Part shown: positions 27,585 through 38,619 of the stretch, piece by piece | Numbering within the stretch: position 1 is the first letter of the stretch | Layout: every line of letters starts with the position of its first letter | Source of the DNA: an uncultured Dehalococcoidia bacterium | Lineage (GTDB): Bacteria > Chloroflexota > Dehalococcoidia > Lucifugimonadales > UBA3495 | Reading direction: 5' to 3' | Assembly: GCA_950072105.1 (NCBI GenBank) | Contig: CATMOE010000019.1 | Span: 1-56,133, forward strand | DNA: 56,133 nucleotides | Translations under genes and position numbers: made by a program | The notes under the pieces: model-generated | Seen by the model: the letters and a program-made list of their open reading frames with translations, nothing else | The model's database searches: none | What the model was told of the DNA's origin: nothing

Positions 27585-28975
27585 CATCTGGAATATCGAA
27601 TGGAGATAACGTGAATCTGGCCGGTCCGTTGGCCGGAGTGCGGATCATCGAGATGGGACAGCTCATCGCTATCCCTTGGGCCATGAAGATGCTGGCCGAC
27701 ATGGGGGCCCAGGTCATCCGCCTGGAATCTTGCCAGAGATTGGAAAGCTACCGCGGCGACGCTCTCTACAAAAACGAAACCGAAGGAGAGTTCTGGAACC
27801 GGGGGGCCAATTTCTACGAGCATAACCGCAACAAGCTGGGCATCACCCTGGACTTGACCAACACCGCCGGCATGGAAATCTTGAAGGACCTGGTTTCCAT
27901 CAGCGATGTGTTCGCGGAGAATTTCACACCCCGGGCCATCAGAAACTTCCATCTGGAATACGAAGACCTGCGCCGCGTCAAGCCGGACATCGTCATGGTT
28001 TCGTCCACGGGCTACGGTTTCACCGGTCCCTGGGCCAATTTCGGCGCCACCGGTCCGGCCACCGAGGGAGCGTCGGGCCTGGTTTACATGACCGGCTATG
28101 CCGACGGACCGCCGTTGCTGCCTGAGATTCCCTATACCGACTACACCGCCGCCGAGCAAACGGTGTTCGCGGTGATGACGGCCTTGATGCACCGCCTGCG
28201 CACCGGCCAGGGCCAGTTTGTCGACATATCCCAGACTCAAGCCGCCAGCGCCACGATGCCCGAGGCCCTCCTGGACTTCGCCGCCAACGGAAGGACAGAG
28301 CCCCGGATCGGCAACAGCGATTCGGGCATGGCGCCCCACGGTTGCTACCCCTGCCGGGGAGACGACCGCTGGATCACGATGGCCGTGAACAGCGACGAAG
28401 AGTGGCAGGGGGTTTGCGGGGTGTTGAACCAGCCCGATTGGTCCGAGGACCGGCGGTTCAAAGATAGCCTCAACCGTTGGCGTCACCGGGCGGAACTGGA
28501 CGAACTCATCGGCCAGGCCACCCCTGAATGGGACGCTCATGAATTGATGGACAGATTACAGACTGCGGGGGTAGCAGCCGGGGCGGTATTGGACAGCAAG
28601 GACCTTTTGTTCAACCCACACCTGCTAGAGCGCGGGTTCTTTGAGGTGGTGGCCCACCACCCGAGCACTGGAATTCCGCCGCTTCCCTACGTGGGCCGCC
28701 CCTGGAAGATGTCCCTCACTCCGCCCGTCCCGGCCAAAGCCGGTCCCATAATGGGGGAGCACAACCAGTTGGTCTTGTCCGAGTTGTTGGGTCGTAGCGC
28801 AGCGGAAATGGCATCGCTGGAAGAGGAAGGTGTGATCGGTTATGCGCCAACCAGCCCTCGGCCAGTGAGCCGCCCCTCTTTGGATGAACAGGTACGGCAG
28901 GGCCGGATGCAGCGCTACGAAACGGACTTCCGGGAGCAGGTAGCCCGCGTCTTCCCGCCGCCGGACAATACTTAG
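27581..28975 (+). CDS. Family III CoA-transferase, Asp-containing subunit
   Basis: NRNKLGITLDL, ENFTP, GYGFTGP and PYTDYTAA motifs; ATGA overlap with the upstream gene. Confidence 0.92.
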   Translation: MTSGISNGDNVNLAGPLAGVRIIEMGQLIAIPWAMKMLADMGAQVIRLESCQRLESYRGDALYKNETEGEFWNRGANFYEHNRNKLGITLDLTNTAGMEILKDLVSISDVFAENFTPRAIRNFHLEYEDLRRVKPDIVMVSSTGYGFTGPWANFGATGPATEGASGLVYMTGYADGPPLLPEIPYTDYTAAEQTVFAVMTALMHRLRTGQGQFVDISQTQAASATMPEALLDFAANGRTEPRIGNSDSGMAPHGCYPCRGDDRWITMAVNSDEEWQGVCGVLNQPDWSEDRRFKDSLNRWRHRAELDELIGQATPEWDAHELMDRLQTAGVAAGAVLDSKDLLFNPHLLERGFFEVVAHHPSTGIPPLPYVGRPWKMSLTPPVPAKAGPIMGEHNQLVLSELLGRSAAEMASLEEEGVIGYAPTSPRPVSRPSLDEQVRQGRMQRYETDFREQVARVFPPPDNT

Positions 28976-29040
28976 CGGTCAGCTATCAGCCGGATCGGAC
29001 ATGTGAAAGCTGAATGCAGATGCCTGACCGCTGACCGCTA
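28974..29040. repeat. Heptamer-armed inverted repeat between convergent genes
   Basis: agcggtcagctatcagc...gctgaatgcagatgcctgaccgctgaccgct. Confidence 0.7.
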
Positions 29041-29631
29041 CGTTCCCCTATTCGCCTCGAAAGCGGTTATCTTGTCTTCGTTTGTCAGCGTCAGACCGAT
29101 GTCGTCCAACCCGTTCAGCAGAGCGTCACGGCGGGCCGGGTCTAGCTCGAACTCCAAGACGATTTCCTCGTCTTCGTCCCAGATGCGCTGGGCCACCAGG
29201 TCCACGTTGAGTTTAAACCCCGGGTTTTCTTTGGCCTTGTCTAAAATCTTGCGGACCGATTCCTCGGGCAACCTTACCGGCAACAGACCGTTCTGCATGC
29301 TGTTGTTGTAGAAGATGTCGGCAAAACTAGGGGCGATCACGCACCGGATGCCGTAGTTATGTAACGCCCAAGGCGCGTGCTCCCGGGAGGACCCGCACCC
29401 GAAATTCCGTCCCGCCACCAATACGGTAGCGTTTTTGTACTCTGGAACGTTGAGGACGAAGTCTGGATTAGGGCTACCGTCCTCGTTGTATCGCCAGGCC
29501 GCGAAAAGGGCGTCCTCAAATCCGGACCGCTCAATGCTTTTGAGATACACGGCCGGTATGATCTGATCCGTATCCACGTTCACCCGGTCCAAGGGCGCTA
29601 CCACGCCGTTGAGTTTCACAAACGGTTCCAT
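29038..29631 (-). CDS. leuD: 3-isopropylmalate dehydratase small subunit
   Basis: [28 protein letters not shown] and LLNGLDDIG motifs. Confidence 0.97.
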   Translation of the reverse strand: MEPFVKLNGVVAPLDRVNVDTDQIIPAVYLKSIERSGFEDALFAAWRYNEDGSPNPDFVLNVPEYKNATVLVAGRNFGCGSSREHAPWALHNYGIRCVIAPSFADIFYNNSMQNGLLPVRLPEESVRKILDKAKENPGFKLNVDLVAQRIWDEDEEIVLEFELDPARRDALLNGLDDIGLTLTNEDKITAFEANRGT

Positions 29632-29662
29632 CAGCTGTTGTCTCCTCTTGAATTCAATCGTC

Positions 29663-31063
29663 TTACCAATCCCGAATATCCACGAAATGCCCGGCGATGG
29701 CGGCGGCGGCCGCCATTTGCGGGCTTACCAGGTGGGTGCGGCCACCCTTCCCCTGCCTTCCTTCAAAGTTGCGGTTGGACGTGGAGGCGCAGCGCTGACC
29801 CGGCTCTAGGGTATCCGGGTTCATTCCCAGGCACATGGAGCATCCCGCTACCCGCCAGTCCAGCCCGGCGTCTGTGAAGATCTTGTCCAACCCTTCTTCC
29901 TCGGCCTGCTTCTTGATCAAAGCTGAACCAGGCACCACCATGGCGTAGACACCGTCGCTTACCGTGCGTCCTTTTACGACCTCGGCGGCGTTGCGCAGGT
30001 CTTCTATACGAGCGTTGGTGCAGGCGCCGATGAATACCCGGTCGATCTTGATATCCTGGATCAGCGTGTGGGGCTCCAAGCCCATGTAACGCAACGCCCT
30101 CTCGGCTGACTCTTGGTCTTCCGGCTGAGCGAAGGAGGCCGGGTCGGGGACCTCTCCGGTTACCGGCGCCACCATGCCCGGATTGGTGCCCCAAGTCACC
30201 ACCGGAGTCAACTGGGAGGCGTCAATCTCCACGACAGTATCATAGGTAGCGCCGGGGTCTGTGGCCAAAGTCCGCCATTTCTCAACGGCGGCGTCGAAAT
30301 CGGCCCCTTGGGGCGCGAATTTTCTTCCCCTCAGGTACTCGTAGGTGGTGTCGTCGGGAGCTATCATGCCTGCTCGAGCGCCACCCTCGATGCTCATGTT
30401 GCATACTGTCATTCGCCCATCCATGGACATGGCGCGTATCGCCTCTCCGGTGTACTCGATGACGTGGCCAACACCGCCCTGAATCCCTATCTGGCCGATG
30501 ATGTTCAGGATCAAGTCCTTGGGGCTGACGCCAAATGGCAGCGGTCCGTTGACTCGAATTTCCATGGTCTTAGGCTTGAATTGGCGCAACGTTTGGGTAG
30601 CCAGCACGTGCTCCACTTCGGTTGTGCCGATACCTATAGCCAAAGCCCCCAGGGCCCCGTGGGTGGAGGTGTGGCTGTCGCCGCATACAACGGTCTTCCC
30701 CGGCTGGGTATATCCCAGATCAGGACCGATTATGTGAACGATGCCCTGGAGCGGGTTGAACCGGTCGTATAAGGTCACCCCGAACTCCTCGCAGTTGGCG
30801 GACAGGGCTTCCAGTTGCTTCTTGGAAGTCTCATCGATGACCGGGAGAGACAGGTCCCAAGTAGGCGTATTGTGGTCGGCGGTAGCGATGGTCAGGTCGG
30901 TGCGCCGTACTTTCCGGCCAGCCATCCGCAGACCGGCGAACGCTTGGGCCGAGGTCACTTCATGCACGAGATGCAGATCTATATATATGATGCTGGCCTG
31001 TTCCGGTTCATCGTGCACCACGTGGGCATCCCAGATTTTCTCGAACATCGTTTTGGGAGGCAT
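29663..31063 (-). CDS. leuC: 3-isopropylmalate dehydratase large subunit
   Basis: [28 protein letters not shown] and [12 protein letters not shown] motifs; AAGGA RBS before ATG 31063. Confidence 0.97.
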   Translation of the reverse strand: MPPKTMFEKIWDAHVVHDEPEQASIIYIDLHLVHEVTSAQAFAGLRMAGRKVRRTDLTIATADHNTPTWDLSLPVIDETSKKQLEALSANCEEFGVTLYDRFNPLQGIVHIIGPDLGYTQPGKTVVCGDSHTSTHGALGALAIGIGTTEVEHVLATQTLRQFKPKTMEIRVNGPLPFGVSPKDLILNIIGQIGIQGGVGHVIEYTGEAIRAMSMDGRMTVCNMSIEGGARAGMIAPDDTTYEYLRGRKFAPQGADFDAAVEKWRTLATDPGATYDTVVEIDASQLTPVVTWGTNPGMVAPVTGEVPDPASFAQPEDQESAERALRYMGLEPHTLIQDIKIDRVFIGACTNARIEDLRNAAEVVKGRTVSDGVYAMVVPGSALIKKQAEEEGLDKIFTDAGLDWRVAGCSMCLGMNPDTLEPGQRCASTSNRNFEGRQGKGGRTHLVSPQMAAAAAIAGHFVDIRDW

Positions 31064-31086
31064 ATCGGGTCCTTTCCTTAAAATTA

Positions 31087-31149
31087 GCCACAGAGACACA
31101 GGGGGCACGGAGCTTAGACGGTTGATTTGTGCTTCCCGTTCTTTGTGGC
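31087..31149. repeat. CACAGAG-type inverted repeat in the leuC 5' region
   Basis: gccacagagacacagggggcacgg...tgtgcttcccgttctttgtggc. Confidence 0.5.
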
Positions 31150-31334
31150 CTCGATCGGTTGGGGACACATTATAGCATCGCTTCGAGGGCGGGGCTTTGA
31201 GATTTTATTTCGTGTCTAAGGGCGGCATTGATGATAAACTGGCAGTTGCCTCCGGAGATCTGTCAGGCCAATGGCGATAAAGGATTCCCGGAGCTGACCG
31301 CCAACCCCTACACCTTAAATGGAGGAAACAGAAC

Positions 31335-33929
31335 ATGCCCTCGTCCGAGGCAATCGTGCTCCCAACCACGGTACGTCCCAAGAAGTACCAGTTGCGACTT
31401 CAGCCCGACTTTAGCAACTTCACATTCCAGGGCGAAGAGACCGTGGACGTCGAGGTGGTTGACTCCACCGCTGAGATTGTCTTGAACGCAGCGGACTTGA
31501 AGATTAACTCTGCTGTATTGCACCGCAACGGCAGGTCGTCCACTGCTACCAACATTGTCCTGGACAGTTCCCGGCAGACCGCTACCCTGACCTTCGCCGA
31601 GCCGATCCCCGCCGGAGACGCCAGCTTGGAAATATCGTTCACCGGCGATCTGAACGACAAACTGCACGGGTTCTATCGCAGCGAATACACCGATCCCGAT
31701 GGCGAAACGCGTTTCTTGGCGACGACCCAGTTTGAGGCCACCGACGCCCGCAGGGCCTTCCCCTGCTGGGACGAGCCCGCCCATAAAGCGAGCTTCGACC
31801 TCACCCTGGTGATCCCGTCTGACCTGGTCGCCGTGTCCAACAACCCAGTGGTGGAAGAGGTGGCGGTTGACGGAGGGCTAAAATCTCTTCGATTCGGCGA
31901 GACTCCGGTTATGTCAACCTATCTGCTGGCATTCATCATAGGGGACTTGGTAGCTATCCATCAGCAGGCCAACGAACGGACCACCGTCGGTATCTACACC
32001 ACCCGGGGCAAAGAGGAGCAGGGCCGGTTCGCCTTGGACACCTCAGTGAAACTCCTTGGCTTCTTCAACGACTACTTCGGCATTCCCTATCCTTTGGAAA
32101 AACTTGACCACATCGCCATCCCCGACTTCGCCGCCGGCGCCATGGAGAATTGGGGAGCGATCACCTACCGGGAAACCGCCCTATTGGTCGATGAGGAAAA
32201 CTCGTCGGCCGGCACCCGGCAACGGGTAGCCGAAGTGGTGGCCCACGAGATGGCCCACATGTGGTTCGGCGACCTGGTAACCATGGAATGGTGGGACGAT
32301 CTGTGGCTCAACGAAAGCTTTGCCTCCTGGATGGGGACGAAAGCCGTCGACTGGCTGTTCCCCGAGTGGCAGATGTGGACCCAGTTCGTGAACATGGACA
32401 CAACCCGGGCACTGAGCCTGGACGGGTTGAAAAACTCCCATCCCATCGAGCAAGAAGTGAAGGACCCGGCGGAAGTCAGCCAACTCTTCGACGCCATCAG
32501 CTATTCCAAGGGTGCGTCGGTGATCCGGATGCTCGAACAGTTCTTGGGCCCCGAAGTGTTCCGCCAGGGCCTTTCCCAGTATCTTTCGGCCCATCAATAC
32601 GGCAACGCCCGCACCGCAGACCTGTGGTCGGCCCTGGAAGCGGCGTCTGGCCAGCCGGTTACCTCAATCATGGACTCTTGGACCAACCAGATGGGGTATC
32701 CGGTGCTGCGAGTTGAATCCAACCGGACTTCGGAAGATCTGGAGCTAACTCTGCATCAGGAACGTTTCGTATATGACCGGCTTCAGGATGGTGACGAACA
32801 AGAGCCCGAAGTGTGGCGGGTGCCCGTGGCGGTCTCATCGGCAGGCGGAGAGCCAACCTCCACCGTAATGGATGGACGCCAGGCAAGCATCAGGATTCCC
32901 GCCGCTGGAACAGCCGCCGGGAACCCGTGGTTCAAGATTAACCCCGGCCAAACCGGCTTCTTCCGCGTCAACTATTCCGCGGACGGCTGGGAAAAATTGG
33001 TCCCGGCGATTCAATCCCTAGAACTGTCAGCCACCGACCGGTTGGGTATTCAGAACGACGCTTACGCCCTGTCCCGTGCGGGAATGTTGCCGGTTACCCA
33101 GTTCCTGTCCATGGCCTCCGCCTACACCAACGAGAATGACGCCTCGGTGTGGGCCGATCTGGCCAGCAATCTAAGGGACGTGGAAGTTCTGCTGTACAAC
33201 GAGCCGATATACGGGGCATTCCAGGGATTCGGGCAGGACCTTTTCCGTCCGGCGGCAACCCGGTCGGGTTGGGATCCCCGCCCCGGCGAAGGCCACATGG
33301 ACGCTCTGCTGCGCAGCACCGTTCTCAGCCAGGCGGGCAACTACGGCGACACAGAAGTTCTGGCCCAAGCGAAGGACCGGTTCCTCAGATACCTGGAGGA
33401 GCCCGAGTCATTGCACCCGGATCTGCGCGGCCTGGCGTTCAGCTTGGCCGGCCAGGCCGGAGACCGGACGACCTACGATCAACTATTGGAGCTGGAAAGA
33501 AACGCCACTCTTCAAGAGGAAAAGATCAGGCTGCTTATGGCCCTGACCCGCTTCAACCAACCGGAGCTCCTTCAAGAAACTTTGGAGCGTTCGATCTCCA
33601 ATGACGTCAGGTCCCAGGACACCATCACCGTGGTAACCGGTGTCGCTGCTAATCTTAAAGGCCGAGACCTGGCCTGGAAGTTCGTCAAGGACAACTGGCC
33701 GGAGTTCGACCGGCGGTACGGCTCCGGCGGCTTTGGGTTGATGCGCCTGGTTTCTGTTAGCGGTCATTTCACCGACGAGGAAAACCTGGCGGACGTGGAA
33801 AAGTTCTTCCAGGAACATCCGGTGGCGGCGGCAGAGAGGACCATCCGCCAATCATTGGAACGTATGCGCCTGAACATCAAGTGGCTGGAGCGTAACAGCG
33901 TGGAACTGGCCAACTGGTTCGGCGGGTGA
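31335..33929 (+). CDS. M1 family aminopeptidase with ERAP1-like C-terminal domain
   Basis: TQFEATDARRAFPCWDEP, GAMENWG, HEMAH..WLNE and YSKG motifs. Confidence 0.96.
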   Translation: MPSSEAIVLPTTVRPKKYQLRLQPDFSNFTFQGEETVDVEVVDSTAEIVLNAADLKINSAVLHRNGRSSTATNIVLDSSRQTATLTFAEPIPAGDASLEISFTGDLNDKLHGFYRSEYTDPDGETRFLATTQFEATDARRAFPCWDEPAHKASFDLTLVIPSDLVAVSNNPVVEEVAVDGGLKSLRFGETPVMSTYLLAFIIGDLVAIHQQANERTTVGIYTTRGKEEQGRFALDTSVKLLGFFNDYFGIPYPLEKLDHIAIPDFAAGAMENWGAITYRETALLVDEENSSAGTRQRVAEVVAHEMAHMWFGDLVTMEWWDDLWLNESFASWMGTKAVDWLFPEWQMWTQFVNMDTTRALSLDGLKNSHPIEQEVKDPAEVSQLFDAISYSKGASVIRMLEQFLGPEVFRQGLSQYLSAHQYGNARTADLWSALEAASGQPVTSIMDSWTNQMGYPVLRVESNRTSEDLELTLHQERFVYDRLQDGDEQEPEVWRVPVAVSSAGGEPTSTVMDGRQASIRIPAAGTAAGNPWFKINPGQTGFFRVNYSADGWEKLVPAIQSLELSATDRLGIQNDAYALSRAGMLPVTQFLSMASAYTNENDASVWADLASNLRDVEVLLYNEPIYGAFQGFGQDLFRPAATRSGWDPRPGEGHMDALLRSTVLSQAGNYGDTEVLAQAKDRFLRYLEEPESLHPDLRGLAFSLAGQAGDRTTYDQLLELERNATLQEEKIRLLMALTRFNQPELLQETLERSISNDVRSQDTITVVTGVAANLKGRDLAWKFVKDNWPEFDRRYGSGGFGLMRLVSVSGHFTDEENLADVEKFFQEHPVAAAERTIRQSLERMRLNIKWLERNSVELANWFGG

Positions 33930-33965
33930 TTGTGTTACAATTCATTACGAAACGCATAACTAAAG

Positions 33966-36900
33966 GTGGAATTTTTGGACGGTAAGTCCCGTATCGATAA
34001 ACTGAAATCGTTGCTCGGCGAGCGCATCCTGGTCATCGACGGCGCGGTAGGTACGGCGATTCAGGACCTTAACTTGGGTCCCGAGGACTTCGGTGGCCCC
34101 GAGTTCGAAGGCTGCAATGAATACCTGGTCTTAACGCGCCCGGAACTGATCGCCACCATACATCAGAGCTACCTTGACGCCGGGGCAGACATCCTGGAAA
34201 CCGACACCTTCGGCGCCACTGCCGTGGTATTGGCGGAGTACGATCTGGCTCACGAAGCCCGCCGCATCAACCGGGAAGCGGCGAAGATCGCCCGGGGATT
34301 AGCTGACGCGGCTAGCACTGAAGAAAAACCCCGGTTCGTTGCCGGGTCAATGGGCCCCACCACCAAGTCGATCTCCGTCACTGGAGGGATCAATTTCGAA
34401 GACCTGGCCGAGTCCTACCGCGAGCAAGCCCTTGGGCTTATCGAAGGTGGCGCGGATCTCCTCCTCTTGGAAACCAGCCAGGACACGATAAACGTCAAGG
34501 CCGGCTTGGACGGTATCGCCCAAGCTTCCATCGAAATTGGGCAGGATATACCCGTAGCGGTCCAGGGCACCGTGGAGGCCATGGGGACCCTCCTGGCCGG
34601 TCAGGACGCCGAGGCCTTCTACACCTCCCTGGCCCACCGGGACCTGGTATGGATAGGCCTGAATTGCGCCACCGGTCCCAATTTCATGACCGACCACATC
34701 CGGACGCTAGCCTCGTTGGCCCGATTCCCGGTGTCCTGCGTACCTAATGCCGGTCTGCCAGATGAGGACGGACATTACAACGAAACCCCTGAAATGATGG
34801 CGGCCACGGTCACCCGATTCTTGGACGCCGGATGGCTTAACCTGGTGGGTGGCTGTTGCGGCACCGTTCCCGAACATATCCGCCTACTGTCCCAGGCCGC
34901 CGCGGACCGGCCGCCTCGCCAGCTCGTGGATTCCAGCGAATCCCGGGTGTCCGGGATCGAAGCGCTGATCATCGATGAAGACACCAGGCCGGTCATCGTA
35001 GGAGAGCGCACCAACGTTCTGGGCAGCAGACGATTCCGACGGCTGATCGCCCAGGAATCCTTTGAGGAAGCCGCTGAAGTAGGACGGCGCCAGGCCCGCA
35101 ACGGCGCCCATATCCTTGACGTGTGTCTGCAAGATCCGGACCGGGACGAACACGCGGATATGACGCGTTTCCTAGACCACCTCACCAAGAAGATTAAGAC
35201 CCCGGTGATGATCGACTCCACCGATCACGAAGTCATCGAATTGGCCTTGAAGCGGCTTCAGGGAAAGTCGATCATCAACTCGGTGAACCTGGAAGACGGC
35301 GAGGCCCGTTTCCAGGCCGTGGTCCCCCTGGCCCGCCGGTACGGGGCGGCGCTGGTGGTGGGCTGCATCGACGAAGACAAAGAGCAAGCCCAGGCAATCA
35401 CACGCCAACGTAAGCTGGAGATCGCTCTAAGATCGGCCCAGATATTAACCGAGAAATATCAGGTCCGGATAGAAGATATCTACTTCGACTCCCTGGTCTT
35501 TCCCACCGGTACCGGCGACCAGAACTACGCCGGCTCGGGCGTTGAGACCATCGAGGGTGTACGCCTTATCAAAGAAGCCCTGCCCAAGGCCAAAACGATT
35601 TTGGGCATCTCCAACGTGTCCTTCGGGCTACCGCCGGCGGGACGCGAAGTGCTCAATTCAGTGTTTCTGTACCATTGCGTCCAGGCCGGCTTGGACATGG
35701 CCATCGTCAACTCCGAACTGCTCCAGCGGTACACCTCCATCCCCGAGGAAGAGCGGAGGCTGTCCGAGGACTTGATATGGAACCGTGGCGACGACCCGAT
35801 CGCCGCCTTCGCTGCCCACTTTCGCGACAAAGCCCCCAAGGCGTCGGAAGAAGAGCGGCGCAGCCTCCCGTTGGATGAGCGGTTGTCCCTGGCTGTCATC
35901 GATGGCACCAAAGAGGGCCTGGCCGAAGACCTAGACGAAGCGCTGCTGGAAAGCGCTCCTCTGGACATCATCAACGGGCCCTTGATGGCCGGTATGGCGG
36001 AGGTAGGCCGCCAGTTCAACGCCAACGAGTTGATCGTCGCCGAAGTGCTTCAGTCCGCCGAATCCATGAAGTTCGCGGTAGCCCGCTTGGAAACGCACAT
36101 GGACCGACTGGACAGCGCGATCCGGGGCAAGGTAGTTCTGGCCACGGTCAAGGGCGACGTTCACGACATCGGCAAAAACCTGGTGGACATCATCCTGTCC
36201 AACAACGGCTACCAAGTGATCAACCTGGGAATCAAGGTGCCACCTCAGGACCTTGTATCCGCCTACCAGGAGCACCATCCCGATATCATAGGTTTATCGG
36301 GGCTGCTGGTTAAGTCGGCTCAAATGATGGTTGAAACCGTTAGCGACCTGCGCCAGGCCCAAGTAGAATGCCCCATCCTGGTGGGCGGCGCCGCCCTTTC
36401 CAAACGGTTCACCCGCCTGCGCATCGCCCCTGAATACGGCGGTCTGGTCGCCTACGCCGGCGACGCCATGACCGGGCTGGCCTTGGCAAACACCATCCAA
36501 GAGGCGGACGAGCGGCAAAAGTTGGTTGAAGCCCTTGCCGTCGAGACCGAAGAGTTGCGGCAAGCCGATACGGCACGACAAAGCGCTAACAAAGAAGCCG
36601 AGACCTCCCCGGTGGCTCCGGCCCAGGTCCGTCACGATTTCGACGTGCCCAACCCCCCCGACCTGAGGCTTCACGTCCTGAAGGATCATGACCTGGACGA
36701 GATTTTCCGATACATCAATCCGCAGATGCTTTACGTGCGGCACCTAGGTTTCAAGGGACGATTCGCCGACGCTCTGGCCTCCGGAGACCCTTCCGCCATT
36801 GAACTGAGCGAATCGGTGAAAAAGGTGGAAGACCTGGTACTGGCTTATCCCGATATCACTGCCCAAGCAGTGTTTAAGTTCTTTCCATGCCAGTCCGATG

Positions 36901-37481
36901 GGCAAAACCTTAACGTCTACTCCCCCGACGGCGCTAACGTGTTAGAAACCTTCCATTTCGGTCGCCAATCCCAACGGGACGGGCTATGTTTGGCTGATTA
37001 CGTGGCGCCGAGTGGCGGACCCATCGACTACGTTGCCATGTTCGTGACCTCCATCGGTCCCGGGGTTCGAGAACTGGCCGAAAGATGGATGGCCGAAGGA
37101 CAATACCTTAACTCCCACATACTTCAAGCCCTGGCTTTGGAAGGGGCCGAGGGATTCGCCGAGCTGCTGCACCAGCAGATACGGCAGATGTGGGGCTTTG
37201 GCGACTCTCCGGAAATGACCCACCAGGACTTGTTCCGCACCCAGTACCGGGGTCGCCGATACTCTTTCGGCTACCCGGCCTGTCCCCGATTGGAAGACCA
37301 GGAACAGCTTTTCCAACTACTGGAGGTTTCCAACAATCTCCCCGTTGAACTGACGGAAGGTTTCATGATGGACCCGGAATCATCGGTTTCGGCGATGGTT
37401 TTCCACCATCCCGACGCCACCTATTTCACTCTCAGCGAGCAGGATATCGAAAAGCTGGAGCGAGAAGCGGCCGCTAGTTAA
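33966..37481 (+). CDS. metH: Cobalamin-dependent methionine synthase
   Basis: GLNC, GGCCGT, VGERTN, DVHDIGKN, SGLL and RYSFGYPACP motifs. Confidence 0.97.
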   Translation: MEFLDGKSRIDKLKSLLGERILVIDGAVGTAIQDLNLGPEDFGGPEFEGCNEYLVLTRPELIATIHQSYLDAGADILETDTFGATAVVLAEYDLAHEARRINREAAKIARGLADAASTEEKPRFVAGSMGPTTKSISVTGGINFEDLAESYREQALGLIEGGADLLLLETSQDTINVKAGLDGIAQASIEIGQDIPVAVQGTVEAMGTLLAGQDAEAFYTSLAHRDLVWIGLNCATGPNFMTDHIRTLASLARFPVSCVPNAGLPDEDGHYNETPEMMAATVTRFLDAGWLNLVGGCCGTVPEHIRLLSQAAADRPPRQLVDSSESRVSGIEALIIDEDTRPVIVGERTNVLGSRRFRRLIAQESFEEAAEVGRRQARNGAHILDVCLQDPDRDEHADMTRFLDHLTKKIKTPVMIDSTDHEVIELALKRLQGKSIINSVNLEDGEARFQAVVPLARRYGAALVVGCIDEDKEQAQAITRQRKLEIALRSAQILTEKYQVRIEDIYFDSLVFPTGTGDQNYAGSGVETIEGVRLIKEALPKAKTILGISNVSFGLPPAGREVLNSVFLYHCVQAGLDMAIVNSELLQRYTSIPEEERRLSEDLIWNRGDDPIAAFAAHFRDKAPKASEEERRSLPLDERLSLAVIDGTKEGLAEDLDEALLESAPLDIINGPLMAGMAEVGRQFNANELIVAEVLQSAESMKFAVARLETHMDRLDSAIRGKVVLATVKGDVHDIGKNLVDIILSNNGYQVINLGIKVPPQDLVSAYQEHHPDIIGLSGLLVKSAQMMVETVSDLRQAQVECPILVGGAALSKRFTRLRIAPEYGGLVAYAGDAMTGLALANTIQEADERQKLVEALAVETEELRQADTARQSANKEAETSPVAPAQVRHDFDVPNPPDLRLHVLKDHDLDEIFRYINPQMLYVRHLGFKGRFADALASGDPSAIELSESVKKVEDLVLAYPDITAQAVFKFFPCQSDGQNLNVYSPDGANVLETFHFGRQSQRDGLCLADYVAPSGGPIDYVAMFVTSIGPGVRELAERWMAEGQYLNSHILQALALEGAEGFAELLHQQIRQMWGFGDSPEMTHQDLFRTQYRGRRYSFGYPACPRLEDQEQLFQLLEVSNNLPVELTEGFMMDPESSVSAMVFHHPDATYFTLSEQDIEKLEREAAAS

Positions 37482-37504
37482 CCCGATGTGCGGGTATTTT
37501 TCGA

Positions 37505-37638
37505 TGTCACCCCGAGAGAAGCGAGGGGTCTCAGATCTGATTTGATTCCGGCGACAAGGCGTGGACATGACGCCTAACGGAAGCTCCCTGTTGTTGGCCT
37601 GAGATTCCTCACCAGCCTGCGGCAGGTTCGGAATGACA
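37505..37638. repeat. REP-like element with terminal TGTCA...TGACA
   Basis: tgtcaccccgagagaagcgaggggtctc ... gagattcctcaccagcctgcggcaggttcggaatgaca. The right arm resembles 1841-1885. Confidence 0.65.
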
Positions 37639-37753
37639 TGAGCCGTGGGCGCGAGGAAAACATGCACATCGGGTTAGTTAGCTGCGGCTGGATGGTTTTG
37701 GTTAAGCCCAGGTTTATAATTTATATTTACTCAACGATGATTAAGGTACCGAT

Positions 37754-38407
37754 ATGCGCATCGTAATGATTCACGCGCTGGCGGAGTCCATCCCGCCGGT
37801 TAGGCTGGCTTTTCAGGATGTATTCCCTGAAGCCGCAGTAATTAACCTGTTGGACGAAGGGCTGTTCATCGATTTCAAAGACAAGCTCACGCCCAAACTA
37901 CGGCGGCGGATGAGTGAGTTGACCTGCTATTCCGAAGAGCACGGGGCCGATGCTATTGGTCTGGCCTGCTCGGTGTACGCCCCAGTGGTGGAAAGCGCGC
38001 GGGAACTGGTCGACGTACCGGTTTTTTCGTCCTACGGACCGGTTATGGCGGAAGCGGTGGGAAAGGGCCCCAGGGTTGGTATAATCGCGTCCGTCCCGGC
38101 TACGTTTCGTGATTCAGAGTACTACCTGCTGAAGGCCGCCGAAGAAAAAGGCTTATCCATCGAACCCAAGCTCTGCCTGGCCGAGGATCTGATACCGGTG
38201 CTGCGAACGGAAGGCGAGTCTGGATTTTCCCGCCGCATCGCCGAGGAGGTCGCCAAGCTGGAGCCCGACGTTGACTCGGTGCTCCTTAGCTAGTTTCCCA
38301 TGGCCACCGCCTTGTCCCACGTCAACGGTATCGCCAAAGTGCCGGTCCTCTCGGCGTCCCACAGCAGCGCCCGCGCTTTCAAAAAACTGCTTTCCTTGGC
38401 GGCATAG
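37754..38407 (+). pseudogene. Asp/Glu/hydantoin racemase-like gene with an in-frame TAG at 38291
   Basis: The frame continues after the stop: VLLS*FPMATALSHVNGIAKVPVLSASHSSARAFKKLLSLAA*. The family pattern VLxQFSMA suggests CAG>TAG. Confidence 0.75.
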
Positions 38408-38619
38408 CCGGCTGACAATCCTCCCCTAGTAGCATCTAAGACCTCAACTCCCAATCTGATTTATCGCGTGGCGATAACTCGTCCTCTCGTATGTAGTTTC
38501 GGCCCATCAGAGCCCGATTTCCTGCTGATAAATTCTAATCAGCCCGCCCGCGTGTTGAGCTTGGCACAGACACCCAAAGGAGTATCATTGACCTGGAAAC
38601 TGTCCATACTGGAGGAAGC

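Noticed and set aside
27536..28540. 334-aa minus ORF, and similar overlaps such as 44663-45616 and 23280-24074
   Set aside because: Alternative-frame ORFs expected at high GC, overlapping well-supported genes.
31064..31180. Leucine attenuator or T-box before leuC
   Set aside because: No Leu-rich leader peptide or T-box sequence; only a repeat-type inverted element.
33930..33965. Cobalamin or SAM riboswitch before metH
   Set aside because: The intergenic gap is only 36 nt.
38291..38293. Pyrrolysine or genetic-code reassignment
   Set aside because: TAG is a normal stop for several genes here, there are no pyl genes in the window, and a single C>T change explains it.
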